Origin: Candidatus Saccharimonadota bacterium | GTDB lineage: Archaea > Micrarchaeota > Micrarchaeia > Micrarchaeales > Micrarchaeaceae | DNA: 32,000 bases | Assembly: GCF_002214165.1 (NCBI RefSeq) | Contig: NZ_CP019964.1 | Span: forward strand, 660,001-692,000 | Reading direction: 5' to 3' | In this document: one piece after another, positions 1 to 9,244 of the stretch | Layout of the letters: the number at the start of each line of letters is the position of its first letter | How positions within the stretch are numbered: position 1 is the stretch's first letter | Program-made: the position numbers and the translations under genes | Notes under the pieces: generated by a model | What the model was told of the DNA's origin: nothing | The model's database searches: none | What the model saw: only the letters and a program-made list of their open reading frames with translations

Positions 1-2
1 TT

Positions 3-1115
3 AAGATCTTTGTTTATGAAACAAGCCCATCAATAACTATATTTGACTGGTCCGGCGAATACTCAGATATAACAAATTATACTGTTGGAATAAGGCATGA
101 TCTTAAAAGCCTTGGAATTAACCTTCTTGATCTTTATGGGACCGATCTATTCAAGCCCCTGGTCATTAATGCATTGGAGAACTTTTGCGGGCTTTCAAGC
201 AATGACTGCAACGAGATTTATGATAAAATATCAAATGGATTGGGCAAAGGTAAACGGGATTTCAATGAAGGCATTTCAGGATTTTTTAGAAGAATCCGTA
301 AACCAGGAGTTGGGAAGAAGGTTTTGGCCCTGGATCACTATAAACTATTTAACCAACACCCTGGCATTGACTTGAACGGTATTTTGGATAAATTCCTGTG
401 CTTTGACTTATCGAGCTTGGATGAATTTGGGAAATCCAATTTTTCAAAGCTGCTTCTGCTCCTTTTAAAGCTTGAGATTTATAGGAAAGGGATAAGCACT
501 GGAAAGACTAATTATTTGGTATTTGATGAAGCATGGAAGTATATTAAGGATGATTCAATATTGAATGGCCTTTTCAGGGAAGGGCGAAAGTATGGAGTAA
601 GCCTGCTCATAGCTACCCAAATGGCTTCTGATGTATCGAATGAACTCCTATCAAATGCTGCTTCTGTCTTCATATTCAGGCTGCATAAGGAGGACTATAA
701 AGTTCTGGGCAATTACGGAATTGATTCAAATAGGTTTAGCGGGATAACAGAGAATTTGGGAAGGGGGAGCTGCTTAGTCAGCCAGATATTGAAGGGAGGG
801 ACTTTTTCACAGGCTGTTATAAGTGATGTGAAACATTTCAATCTTTCTGATTACTTGTTGGTTTCAGGTGATAATATGAATTATATATCCAGAATCAGAT
901 TCAAAAATGCAGTCGAAAAGTACTGCACGAATTCAGGGAGCATCCTACGTTTTATGGAGGAGAATAGTAAATTGGATTTATCTAAATTAATAGAGAAGCT
1001 GATTTCTGATGGCAATGACCGGGTTGTGATTGTCACATTGCTGCGCTCTGTCGGTATTGACGATTTTGTTATAGCCTCGGGGTTCGACAATCTAAGATCC
1101 GTCTATTTTGAGTGA
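3..1115 (+). CDS. HerA/VirB4-superfamily (DUF87-type) P-loop ATPase, C-terminal part; 5' end lies upstream of the window
   Basis: Frame 3 is open from nt 3 (KIFVYETSPSITIFDWSGEYSDI...) and runs into the tracked 174..1115 ORF, whose 'M' is an internal TTG. FDWSGEY resembles the HerA-type D-x-x-GEY motif. Walker B LVFDEAW (nt 516-536) followed by GRKYGVSLLIATQ matches the VirB4/TrbE/HerA arrangement. Walker A must lie upstream of the window. Confidence 0.7.
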   Translation, partial: KIFVYETSPSITIFDWSGEYSDITNYTVGIRHDLKSLGINLLDLYGTDLFKPLVINALENFCGLSSNDCNEIYDKISNGLGKGKRDFNEGISGFFRRIRKPGVGKKVLALDHYKLFNQHPGIDLNGILDKFLCFDLSSLDEFGKSNFSKLLLLLLKLEIYRKGISTGKTNYLVFDEAWKYIKDDSILNGLFREGRKYGVSLLIATQMASDVSNELLSNAASVFIFRLHKEDYKVLGNYGIDSNRFSGITENLGRGSCLVSQILKGGTFSQAVISDVKHFNLSDYLLVSGDNMNYISRIRFKNAVEKYCTNSGSILRFMEENSKLDLSKLIEKLISDGNDRVVIVTLLRSVGIDDFVIASGFDNLRSVYFE

Positions 1116-1750
1116 TTTATATGCAATTTTCTTCATCGTTTATGGCAAAAGGTAAGCTGCTTACGGACTTTCATTCTTTATCCGAAGATATAAGCTACCT
1201 GCATCTATTCAAGATAAATAGTTATGGCACTTCACTTGACTATTCCATAGATATGAAAGGAGAGAAACTATCTCTTGTATTCTCTACGAACATGATATCG
1301 TATAGCTTTTATTACGACACTCTTTCAGATAACTATTACTTACTAAACTTTTCAAGGTTCATAAGGCTAATAAATTACTTGAAGAGGCATTACAGGATAG
1401 ACTTTGAATCTGTCTATCCATACCTCTCAAATTCTATTAGCATAAAGCTTGACGAGGCAAAATTGGGCTATTTCAAGAGCGAACAAAAGGTAAAAGGCAA
1501 CATTCTGGAATATTTGGATAACCTGTCTGAATCAAACTTTAACCTTAGCGAGAAATTGATACAAATCAACAGATACAATAAGGATATTTTAAGCGAGCTT
1601 TCGATTTATAAAAAATTTTCTCAAACTGTTGCCTCCAATCTCAGAAAGGCCAATTTTGAGAATGATAGCTTGGAGGAGGCGGCCAGCAGGTCATTTGGAA
1701 TTGATATTAAATTGGCCCATGCAGTATTGAAATCGCTTGGTTACCTGTGA
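1112..1750 (+). CDS. hypothetical protein (soluble, no recognised domain)
   Basis: 212-aa ORF. GTG start overlaps the upstream TGA (GTGA); an alternative ATG is at 1121. Co-directional and coupled with flanking genes. No motif recognised. Confidence 0.55.
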   Translation: MIYMQFSSSFMAKGKLLTDFHSLSEDISYLHLFKINSYGTSLDYSIDMKGEKLSLVFSTNMISYSFYYDTLSDNYYLLNFSRFIRLINYLKRHYRIDFESVYPYLSNSISIKLDEAKLGYFKSEQKVKGNILEYLDNLSESNFNLSEKLIQINRYNKDILSELSIYKKFSQTVASNLRKANFENDSLEEAASRSFGIDIKLAHAVLKSLGYL

Positions 1751-2430
1751 TATATATGGACACCCGCCTGTTGCTTATAATATTTTTCTTGCTTCTTGCC
1801 ACCTTAGTGCTTACAATGCATTATCTGACATATCTTCATATAAGCTATCTTATAGCAGGGCTTTTGGTGCTTGTCGGATCAGTGATACTTTCCAACCTTG
1901 GGAATGATGTGAATAGCTACAAGTATGATATATTTTATAGGGATAAGAGGACATTTAGGTTAACGGATCAATTTTTGGAGCGTGTTGGCATTTATAGGGA
2001 CCAAAGGCCTATGAGATTACAGGATATAAGCGATATTTTGGAAAGGAACGCTGAATTGCCATTGGAGGATGGGTTTTCTAGGAAATTTGAATTAAAAAGT
2101 ATGTTTTTTAGGAGAGGGTTTTTGATCTATGGAGACTTAGTTTTTGGCAATTATGGCCAAGTCAGGAAAAAGCTAATTGCAAAAATGGTATACGATAGGT
2201 CCATTTATGAACACTTTCTATCTTTCTCTGATATGGATAGAACGGTTGCATTGAATAAGGTATTTGACAATCTTGAGCTTGATAAAACCGCCGCAACCGA
2301 TTCGAAATTTATATTTGTGCTTAATCCAGATGAACTGGAAAAGTTCAATTGCCTACTAAACCTCCCATATGCAAACAATTCCCTTTTGGCTTTAAGGATG
2401 GCATTTGGGGATGTTGAGGTGATAAGTTGA
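1747..2430 (+). CDS. hypothetical membrane-anchored protein (two N-terminal hydrophobic helices plus ~170-aa soluble domain)
   Basis: 227-aa ORF. GTGA overlap with the upstream gene; an alternative ATG is at 1756. N-terminus LLLIIFFLLLATLVLT...YLIAGLLVLVGSVILSNL is hydrophobic. Confidence 0.55.
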   Translation: MIYMDTRLLLIIFFLLLATLVLTMHYLTYLHISYLIAGLLVLVGSVILSNLGNDVNSYKYDIFYRDKRTFRLTDQFLERVGIYRDQRPMRLQDISDILERNAELPLEDGFSRKFELKSMFFRRGFLIYGDLVFGNYGQVRKKLIAKMVYDRSIYEHFLSFSDMDRTVALNKVFDNLELDKTAATDSKFIFVLNPDELEKFNCLLNLPYANNSLLALRMAFGDVEVIS

Positions 2431-2621
2431 TTATTTTGGATCTTTTCATTAAGGCTGCATATGCGATATCGTTTGAATTGATAAGTGCTTCCTCCGTTCT
2501 TTTATTCGTTAGTTTTAATGGCAGCAGAAAGCGCGAGCTTAGGCTTGGAATTGACATAGCTTATGGCAGCATGCTGCTTTTGACAATTGCGTTGTTTGTT
2601 GGGATGATACCGTGGCACTGA
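2427..2621 (+). CDS. small membrane protein (about 2 TM)
   Basis: 64-aa ORF with a TTGA start/stop overlap with the upstream gene. Two hydrophobic stretches separated by GSRKRELR. Confidence 0.45.
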   Translation: MIILDLFIKAAYAISFELISASSVLLFVSFNGSRKRELRLGIDIAYGSMLLLTIALFVGMIPWH

Positions 2622-2905
2622 ATATAACTAATGGGATATATCACCATAAAAAGGAAAAGAATCTTGTGGATTCCCTATTATTGGCCGTTTCCTTGGTCCT
2701 TCTCCTATTGCCTATTCCGGTAATCGCCTCAATCCTGCTTAGGCTAAATTTAACGCTGCTTGCCCTTATTTGGCTAATCGCAATCTATGTGGTGTCCTAT
2801 GGTTACGTGAGAGTTGAAAGGTTGTATATACAAAGGAAATATTGGATAGCGGTAGTTGCAATGCAGTCTTTGGCTGCAATTATATTGGTGATGGCAATAT
2901 GGTGA
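2612..2905 (+). CDS. small membrane protein (about 3 TM), in a VirB3-like position directly upstream of an ATPase gene
   Basis: 97-aa ORF. GTG start overlaps the previous stop by 10 nt. Its own TGA (2903-2905) overlaps the ATG (2899) of the next gene. Three hydrophobic segments. Confidence 0.5.
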   Translation: MALNITNGIYHHKKEKNLVDSLLLAVSLVLLLLPIPVIASILLRLNLTLLALIWLIAIYVVSYGYVRVERLYIQRKYWIAVVAMQSLAAIILVMAIW

Positions 2906-5199
2906 ATGCCAGATTTAGTGTTGACTCTGTCCCGGATAATGGCATTGACGCGAGCCTTTTCTTTGATGCAGTTAAAGGAATTCCCTTCGCGATGGTGTTT
3001 GATTTTAATGAGACCAAAACCTATATTGAACTGTTGTCTGATGAACCTGATTTATATGTAAAAGGAATATGCTACAGGATACCGGGGCTGGAATTGTCAA
3101 AAGCGGCCACTGGCCCTTCAAAAGGAAATTTCCGGATTGGTTCATTCTTGAAGGTAAATCTCGATTCGAGAGAGGTCTTAAAAACCAGCCACGGCATATT
3201 TGAGGACTGTTTTAATCTTGGTATAGAGAAAGGGACTTTTGGTATATTGTTTTTGCCGGCTAAAGACCAAGAAATAGAGTACAGTAGCAAGGAGATTGAG
3301 AATTCCCTTACTTCCATAGAAACAAAAGAGACCAGTTCAATCAATTCAAGAATAGCAGGTTATAACTCTTCTTATTCTACGCAACATGACGTATTTTACA
3401 ATTCAGATGATAAAATAGTATTGGGTTATATATTAAATTCCATAAATAAAGCATTACTTAAAGGAAGTGCTGTCTATAAGACCTTATTCTTTACCGATGT
3501 GGAAAACCCTTACATCAATAATTATCTGCACAGCAAATTTTTAATTTTGGAGAGCGGCCTTGTATACAATTATGGCATATCGGATATTGCTGAATACCTA
3601 TCAAAGTCTAAGCAAATCATCTTAGGCAGCAATGAACTGGGATATCTGCTGGATTTTGAAGGCATCCATAGGGTAAACCATATTATTGAAACGGGAAACT
3701 TTCCATCTAAAGGGGACATCGGAATAGGGACAATCATGAAACATGCGGTGTTGGATTCTAATAGGGGCCTGTATTTAGATAGGTCCATTTTGAATCTTGG
3801 CGTATTGATTTCTGGCCTTCCTGGAACTGGCAAAACTCATGAGTCTATGGCTATTGTCGAGCAGGTCATCAAGTTAGGTATTCCAACAGTGGTAATCTCT
3901 TCTACCAAAGAATGGGATAATTTCGCTTACGACAACAATTTATACTGCGTGAGACTGCTAAATGATAAATCACCAATTAATTTCTTCAGCTGTCCTGACA
4001 AATCAAATAGGGACAAGTTTTGGAGGGATCTTGCAATGCTTTTGGCTTCGGCTTCTGACGCGGGACCATATAGGAGGCCTTTGGAAAAATGCCTGATTGA
4101 TGCTTTTAGGAGGATATATAAATCAACTGGGAGCCCTAGCCCTGCCGATGTTATAGAAGAGACAATAAAATCAATAATAGATATGCATGGGAAGAGGACA
4201 AATACCGGAGTCAAATACACAAAGCATGGTGAAAATATAAAAGCGGCGCTTGAGAACCTTATAGATTTGCTAAGCAACGCGGAATATTCATCCGAATTTG
4301 GAATCAAGTTTGAAGATATGCTTGGCAAAGGGGCAGTTTTCGACGCATCAGAAGCTGGATCCAATATGAAGAAGCTTGTTTATTCATTGATACTGAACCA
4401 ATTCTACTCTATAATCTCGTCTACGGATGAATCTGGGGACAATAGCTTAAGGATGCTCCTTGTAGTAGAGGAAGCAGAATTAGTTTTCAAGGACGATGAT
4501 TCTCCGGCTGTGGAAGACATGAGGACAAGAATACAGGATTTCAGGAAAAAGGGCATAGGATTAATATTCATAACACATGGCGCTTTGGAGATAGATTCGG
4601 ATTTAAGGAGGCTGCTACAGATAAAGCTTTATTTTAGGCAATCTTCAGATATGGCCATTTATGCGGTCAAGGACCTCCTTTCGGATATTGATAATGATAG
4701 GCTTGTATCGAAGATAAAGCATATGCCTTCAGGAGTGTTTGGGCTAAGCTCAATTTCAAAAGACGGATATCATAGATATCCCATGGACTTGTTGTTCCTC
4801 AAATCCCTGTTTTACAATTATGCAGGAAAGCGGGACAGGGATCTTATAAAGGGTTACTTAAAATCAAATAGTATACCAATTCCAGAGGAGATATACGAAA
4901 ATCTAGTATTTAGCGGTTATCCGGAATTAAATACAGCTGATTCCCAATCGGAAAAGAATTACAAGATTCTGCAGCGTATAAGCAAGCTTGTTCTGAAATA
5001 CATGGGCAACAAAGTTTATGAGGTGCCGTTTGACAAACTTGAATATGGATTTAATCTAATCAAGGACAGGGTATACGATTTAGAGTTGTCAACTGAAAAC
5101 GATGTTTGCCTGCTGCATCTTGCAATAAAGCCGTCGGGAATTGGGATGAAGATTGGATTTACTTTAAGGCATGGTAAATTGGGGATAGTTGAGAATTGA
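2899..5199 (+). CDS. HerA/VirB4/FtsK-superfamily P-loop ATPase with large N- and C-terminal extensions
   Basis: Walker A GLPGTGKT (nt 3814-3837). Walker B LLVVEEAELVF, then FRKKGIGLIFITHG (the HerA-like GRK-x-G...Q/H arrangement). Start set at ATG 2899 (ATGGTGA overlap with the upstream stop) rather than the tracked TTG at 2842. Confidence 0.75.
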   Translation: MVNARFSVDSVPDNGIDASLFFDAVKGIPFAMVFDFNETKTYIELLSDEPDLYVKGICYRIPGLELSKAATGPSKGNFRIGSFLKVNLDSREVLKTSHGIFEDCFNLGIEKGTFGILFLPAKDQEIEYSSKEIENSLTSIETKETSSINSRIAGYNSSYSTQHDVFYNSDDKIVLGYILNSINKALLKGSAVYKTLFFTDVENPYINNYLHSKFLILESGLVYNYGISDIAEYLSKSKQIILGSNELGYLLDFEGIHRVNHIIETGNFPSKGDIGIGTIMKHAVLDSNRGLYLDRSILNLGVLISGLPGTGKTHESMAIVEQVIKLGIPTVVISSTKEWDNFAYDNNLYCVRLLNDKSPINFFSCPDKSNRDKFWRDLAMLLASASDAGPYRRPLEKCLIDAFRRIYKSTGSPSPADVIEETIKSIIDMHGKRTNTGVKYTKHGENIKAALENLIDLLSNAEYSSEFGIKFEDMLGKGAVFDASEAGSNMKKLVYSLILNQFYSIISSTDESGDNSLRMLLVVEEAELVFKDDDSPAVEDMRTRIQDFRKKGIGLIFITHGALEIDSDLRRLLQIKLYFRQSSDMAIYAVKDLLSDIDNDRLVSKIKHMPSGVFGLSSISKDGYHRYPMDLLFLKSLFYNYAGKRDRDLIKGYLKSNSIPIPEEIYENLVFSGYPELNTADSQSEKNYKILQRISKLVLKYMGNKVYEVPFDKLEYGFNLIKDRVYDLELSTENDVCLLHLAIKPSGIGMKIGFTLRHGKLGIVEN

Positions 5200-5215
5200 A
5201 TAAGTGCCTGTGTAC

Positions 5216-6457
5216 TTATAAGCGCCTTTGCTTAAGCAGATCTGTTAGTATCTTGCTATTTTTTACCCATTCCGAGACATTGATGTCCAATTTTTCATTT
5301 ATATAACGGAACATTTCAGAATAGCTGTCAAGTTCTACAGGTTTTGTCTCAAGAGTCTGCTTTACATGCTCGCGGACATTCCACACGCCTACGGGCAGAG
5401 TATACCCCTCGTGTACTTCACGCAATATCAATACAGACGCTTGCTTCTTCATAGTCTTTAGTTTTTCCCCAACCTCCAGCCTCGCAGCATAATAGCAGCC
5501 TCCAATTTCCGCGTATTTCTTCCTTCCCCTATAACCCTCATATGATGAATATATGGAGATTTCGTTAGAATTCACATTCCAAGTTGTTTTTGGATAAAAC
5601 GCTTCGATCGATTCATATTCCCAATTGCTCGGCATGAATACTATCAGCCACCTGTTGTCCAAAGCAACGTTGTAGAATAACTTTATGTTATCTATCTTTT
5701 CATTGCCCTTCACTTCTTCACGCAATGATTTTGATATTAAGTCGTCAACCATTGTTATGCTCCAGCGGGTCGGGACGAATTTCCTGTTTGACTTCAAGCC
5801 AAATAATCCTGCCGAAACCCCTTTTTGAATTCTATAAACGTCTACCTTGTTTTTATAAAGCTCTTTAACTGCTGTTCCCGCATTGGCGTCATAATCGGAG
5901 TATAATCTCTCTATATCCCTATTTGACCTTGAATTAGACACCATCATGTCCTTTATCTTTACGGTAGGTCCAAAAGGGCTTAGATCCGCATCAAGCTTTG
6001 GCCTTACCAATGGCTTGCCTATGAAGTTTATATCAGAATCAGCAGGCTTGTCTGATAATGCAAGATCCCTAACCTCCTCCTCAACCCTGCCATTCTCGAC
6101 ATCATGTATATTGCTGATATGCATTCCCCTTACAAGCTGCAATCTCATCTGTATTATTTTCTCTATTGGCAGGCCTTTCCATAAAGATGGGTTCGCCAAC
6201 ATCGAAGAGTCTTTCATGAATGGCGAGATCATTGGTCCTATAAACACCTTAGGGTAGCCAAATCTGCCTATAAATATTTCTGTTGGGGAAGATCCACTGA
6301 CATAATCCTTGTCAAGTATACTGCTATACTGGTTCCTATAGTAACTTGAAATTATAGACGGGTTCTTCATATTCCTATATACTTCCATTGACCTCCTTAC
6401 CTTTACCACAGGATTGTTAAAAGAAAGCGAATTTATCAATTTGTTGAGGTCCTCCAT
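5216..6457 (-). CDS. archaeal Nre-family protein (DUF650/DUF651, COG1602; putative DNA-repair associated)
   Basis: 413 aa. N-terminal SPTEIFIGRFGYPKVFIGPM matches my recollection of the conserved Nre N-domain motif, and size and architecture fit. Called from memory of the family, not from a search. Confidence 0.5.
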   Translation of the reverse strand: MEDLNKLINSLSFNNPVVKVRRSMEVYRNMKNPSIISSYYRNQYSSILDKDYVSGSSPTEIFIGRFGYPKVFIGPMISPFMKDSSMLANPSLWKGLPIEKIIQMRLQLVRGMHISNIHDVENGRVEEEVRDLALSDKPADSDINFIGKPLVRPKLDADLSPFGPTVKIKDMMVSNSRSNRDIERLYSDYDANAGTAVKELYKNKVDVYRIQKGVSAGLFGLKSNRKFVPTRWSITMVDDLISKSLREEVKGNEKIDNIKLFYNVALDNRWLIVFMPSNWEYESIEAFYPKTTWNVNSNEISIYSSYEGYRGRKKYAEIGGCYYAARLEVGEKLKTMKKQASVLILREVHEGYTLPVGVWNVREHVKQTLETKPVELDSYSEMFRYINEKLDINVSEWVKNSKILTDLLKQRRL

Positions 6458-6521
6458 TTTATCATTTGGCCAAATTTACTTATGATTTTTAAACTTATTT
6501 ACCTTAATCATAATAGGTAAT

Positions 6522-7619
6522 ATGCAAACAAATATTTTAATTGATAGGCTTAATAAGATTTTTAGATCGACGGATCTTGATGCAATACTTCTGTTTAACG
6601 TAAATTCACCATTCATAGATAGCAATTTCTACTACTTGACAGACTTTAATAGTGGGATATTTGAAAGATCGTTTGCAATCGCATTCAAAGATCATGTAAT
6701 AGTAGGCACTTCGGATTTGGAATATGAAAATGCTTGCATAGGATCAAACGACCATATCAGCGTATACCGTATAAATACCACCAGCGAGGTAGATAACTTC
6801 CTTAGCAGAAATTTGAAAGATCTTAAGGTGGGGTATAATGAGAATTTCCTTCCATATATTTATTACCAGAAATTTAAGAAGTACGCAAAATTCAATAAAC
6901 TGTTCAATGCATCAAAATATTTATACGAGGCAAGGAATATCAAGGATAAATATGAAATAGAAAAGATAAAAAAAGCGGTTGATATAAGCAAGAAGAGCTT
7001 GGATGAGATACAGTATTACTTTAAGAAAGGGGTTACTGAAAAGGAATTGGCGGCCCAATTCAATTACCTGCAACTTAAAAATGGTGCGGACAAGAATTCT
7101 TTTGGGACCATAGTTGCATTTGACAAGAACACCGCTCTCCCCCACCATTCACCGGATAATACAAAATTAAAGGATAATGCTGTTGTTCTCTTGGATGTTG
7201 GATCGAAGTGGAAGAATTACTGTTCCGATCTGACCCGGACCTTCTTCTTTAAGCCTCAAAAGAGGTCCTTGAAGTACAAAAAGATGGCGGACATATATGA
7301 TACAGTGGAAAAAGCGCAGGTGCTTGGATTGGGCTTGATTAAGGATGGGGTTGATGGCAAGAATGTATTTGAAGAGGTAACCAAATTCATAAATACTGCC
7401 AATGGTGGCATTTATAAGGGCAAATTCATACATTCCCTTGGACATATGATAGGCATAGATGTACATGATGCAGGAGCTGCGGCACTATCCTATAGGAGTG
7501 TAAAGCTTCAAAATGGGATGGTACTCAGTGATGAACCTGGAATTTATATTTATGGTTTTGGAGGGGTAAGGATAGAAGATGATGTATTAATAGATGGCGG
7601 TAGGGGAGTATTCCTCTGA
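6522..7619 (+). CDS. M24-family Xaa-Pro peptidase (PepQ/aminopeptidase P-like)
   Basis: Metal-ligand context typical of M24B: VLLDVGSKWKNYCSDLTRTF, HSLGHMIGIDVHD, LSDEPGIYI, GGVRIEDDVLI. Confidence 0.85.
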   Translation: MQTNILIDRLNKIFRSTDLDAILLFNVNSPFIDSNFYYLTDFNSGIFERSFAIAFKDHVIVGTSDLEYENACIGSNDHISVYRINTTSEVDNFLSRNLKDLKVGYNENFLPYIYYQKFKKYAKFNKLFNASKYLYEARNIKDKYEIEKIKKAVDISKKSLDEIQYYFKKGVTEKELAAQFNYLQLKNGADKNSFGTIVAFDKNTALPHHSPDNTKLKDNAVVLLDVGSKWKNYCSDLTRTFFFKPQKRSLKYKKMADIYDTVEKAQVLGLGLIKDGVDGKNVFEEVTKFINTANGGIYKGKFIHSLGHMIGIDVHDAGAAALSYRSVKLQNGMVLSDEPGIYIYGFGGVRIEDDVLIDGGRGVFL

Positions 7620-7645
7620 ATCTGCATTCTCTTGGATGATGATCT

Positions 7646-8617
7646 ATGATATTAGGAATTGAGAGCAGCGCACATACATTGGGGGTTGGAATAGTAGACA
7701 ATGGAAAGATATTGGCCAATTCAAAAAAGATGTACGATATAAAGAATTCCGGGATGATCCCTGCAAAGGTCGCTGATTTCCATGCAGAAAATGTTTACGA
7801 AGTCATAGAGTCGGCACTTGAATCTGCCGGCATAAATATCAATCAACTGGATGGGATAGGTTATACAAAAGGCCCTGGGATAGGGCCGTGCCTGCATGTA
7901 GGGCAACTGGCAGCTTTGTATCTTGCGTACAAGCTAAAGCTACCTATTTACCCAGTAAACCATGCAATTGGCCACATTGAGGTAACCAAGCACTTGGCTG
8001 GGTTCAAGGATCCACTGGCACTATATGTAAGCGGAGGCAATTCTCAGGTGCTTGGAATAGTGGGCAAACCTAGAAAACATTACCATGTATATGGAGAAAC
8101 TCTTGATATAGGGGTTGGAAATATGCTTGACAACTTTGCAAGGGCGGCTAAGCTGGTTCCTGCCTGGGGTTCTACAGTTGCAAAGGCAGCAGAGAATGGA
8201 AAGTATATAAAAATGCCTTATAATGTAAAGGGTATGGATTTTACATTCACAGGGCTTCTTACAAATGCCGTAAAATTGCTAAGCTCGAACAGGGTTTCTG
8301 ACATCGCATTTTCACTTCAAGAAACCGCTTTCTCAATGCTTACAGAGGCAACAGAGAGGGCGCTTATGCTTACGGGTAAAAAAGAGCTTGTGCTTTCCGG
8401 TGGTGTTGCGCAGAGCCAAAGGTTGAGGGGCATGCTTGGTGAGATGGCTGAATCCCACGGTGTAAAGTTTTATGATGCTGACAACCAGTTCAATGCGGAC
8501 AATGGCGCCATGATAGCTTTGGTGGCAGAGGAGATGCATAATTCCGGAGCAAAATTTGAAAATAGCCAGCTTGGGATAAACCAGAAATATAGGATAGACA
8601 AGGTTGATATTTTATGA
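7646..8617 (+). CDS. kae1: tRNA N6-adenosine threonylcarbamoyltransferase Kae1 (KEOPS subunit)
   Basis: MILGIESSAHTLGVGIV, NHAIGHIE, YVSGGNSQV, GETLDIGVGN, SGGVA..RLR: the classical Kae1/OSGEP motifs. Confidence 0.9.
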   Translation: MILGIESSAHTLGVGIVDNGKILANSKKMYDIKNSGMIPAKVADFHAENVYEVIESALESAGININQLDGIGYTKGPGIGPCLHVGQLAALYLAYKLKLPIYPVNHAIGHIEVTKHLAGFKDPLALYVSGGNSQVLGIVGKPRKHYHVYGETLDIGVGNMLDNFARAAKLVPAWGSTVAKAAENGKYIKMPYNVKGMDFTFTGLLTNAVKLLSSNRVSDIAFSLQETAFSMLTEATERALMLTGKKELVLSGGVAQSQRLRGMLGEMAESHGVKFYDADNQFNADNGAMIALVAEEMHNSGAKFENSQLGINQKYRIDKVDIL

Positions 8618-9222
8618 TAAAATTGCTTAAGTTGTCTGAGGGGAGCGAAGCTGATATATATATCCAGAAGATCCTTGGGGTAGAAATGATAATTAAGTAC
8701 AGGAGAAAGAAACCATACCTGATAACTGATATAGATGAGGATCTTAGGAAACACAGGACCAAGAAAGAGGCAAAGATGATGAGTCTGGCTCACTCGAATG
8801 GAGTGAACTGCCCTATACCTATGGTGATATCAAATTATTCCATTTACATGAATTACATCAAAGGCAGCAGTTTGAACAAGGTTTTAGACAAAATTAAGGA
8901 CAGTGAATTTTTTGAGGTTGGCAAGCTTTTATTCCTGCTCCATAAAGCTGGGATAGTACACAATGATTTTACCCCCGCAAACGTTATACTTGAAGGCGAA
9001 CAGTTCTGGCTGATAGATTTTGGGCTCGCTGAACTGTCCTCGAATGCGGAGGAAAGGGCGATAGACCTGCTGCTTATGAAGAGATCAGTAAATAAGAAGC
9101 AGTACTTGTACTTTGCAAAAGGCTATTCAGAATCAAACCCTTTTTCAGAAGAGGTAAATAATAGGTTAGCGCTCATGGAGAGAAGAGGAAGGTACCAGGA
9201 CAGAAGTTTGAACATGAAGTAA
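8614..9222 (+). CDS. bud32: KEOPS kinase/ATPase Bud32
   Basis: ATGA start/stop overlap with kae1. GSEADIY glycine-loop analogue, catalytic HNDFTPANVIL, and LIDFGLAE (DFG). About 200 aa, as for archaeal Bud32. Confidence 0.85.
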   Translation: MIKLLKLSEGSEADIYIQKILGVEMIIKYRRKKPYLITDIDEDLRKHRTKKEAKMMSLAHSNGVNCPIPMVISNYSIYMNYIKGSSLNKVLDKIKDSEFFEVGKLLFLLHKAGIVHNDFTPANVILEGEQFWLIDFGLAELSSNAEERAIDLLLMKRSVNKKQYLYFAKGYSESNPFSEEVNNRLALMERRGRYQDRSLNMK

Positions 9223-9244
9223 TTTGAACCGCAACGGTTTCTAT

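Noticed and set aside
97-375. 92-aa ORF in frame 1 at the window start
   Set aside because: It overlaps the frame-3 reading frame, which is open from nt 3 and carries conserved ATPase motifs. It has no motif of its own, so it is a shadow ORF.
2842-2898. TTG-initiated N-terminal extension of the large ATPase ORF
   Set aside because: It would overlap 64 nt of the upstream 97-aa gene. ATG 2899 forms an ATGGTGA start/stop overlap consistent with the coupling at every other junction of this operon.
3072-4364. Antisense or alternative-frame ORFs inside long genes: 3072..3344, 3570..3833, 3927..4364, and likewise 881..1090, 5946..6257, 6921..7719, 7721..7906, 8333..8793, 9453..9743, 10097..10282, 11763..12143, 12219..12509, 12896..13210, 13585..14080, 16365..16598, 17005..17214, 17520..17714, 18386..19228, 19393..19770, 20075..20257, 20753..21133, 21552..21827, 22053..22283, 23756..24208, 25591..25791, 27093..27539, 27619..27921, 28147..28452, 29876..30455, 30699..30926, 31073..31421, 31598..31915
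   Set aside because: Each is fully embedded in, or opposite to, a longer ORF with recognisable motifs or a clear membrane-protein pattern. Their products are low-complexity or Ser/Leu/Pro-rich, as expected from antisense translation of AT-rich genes.
9226-9240. Hairpin GAACCG-CAA-CGGTTT between convergent bud32 and the membrane-protein gene, as a bidirectional terminator
   Set aside because: It has only 5 bp plus one G-U pair and no flanking oligo-T tract, which is too weak to call.
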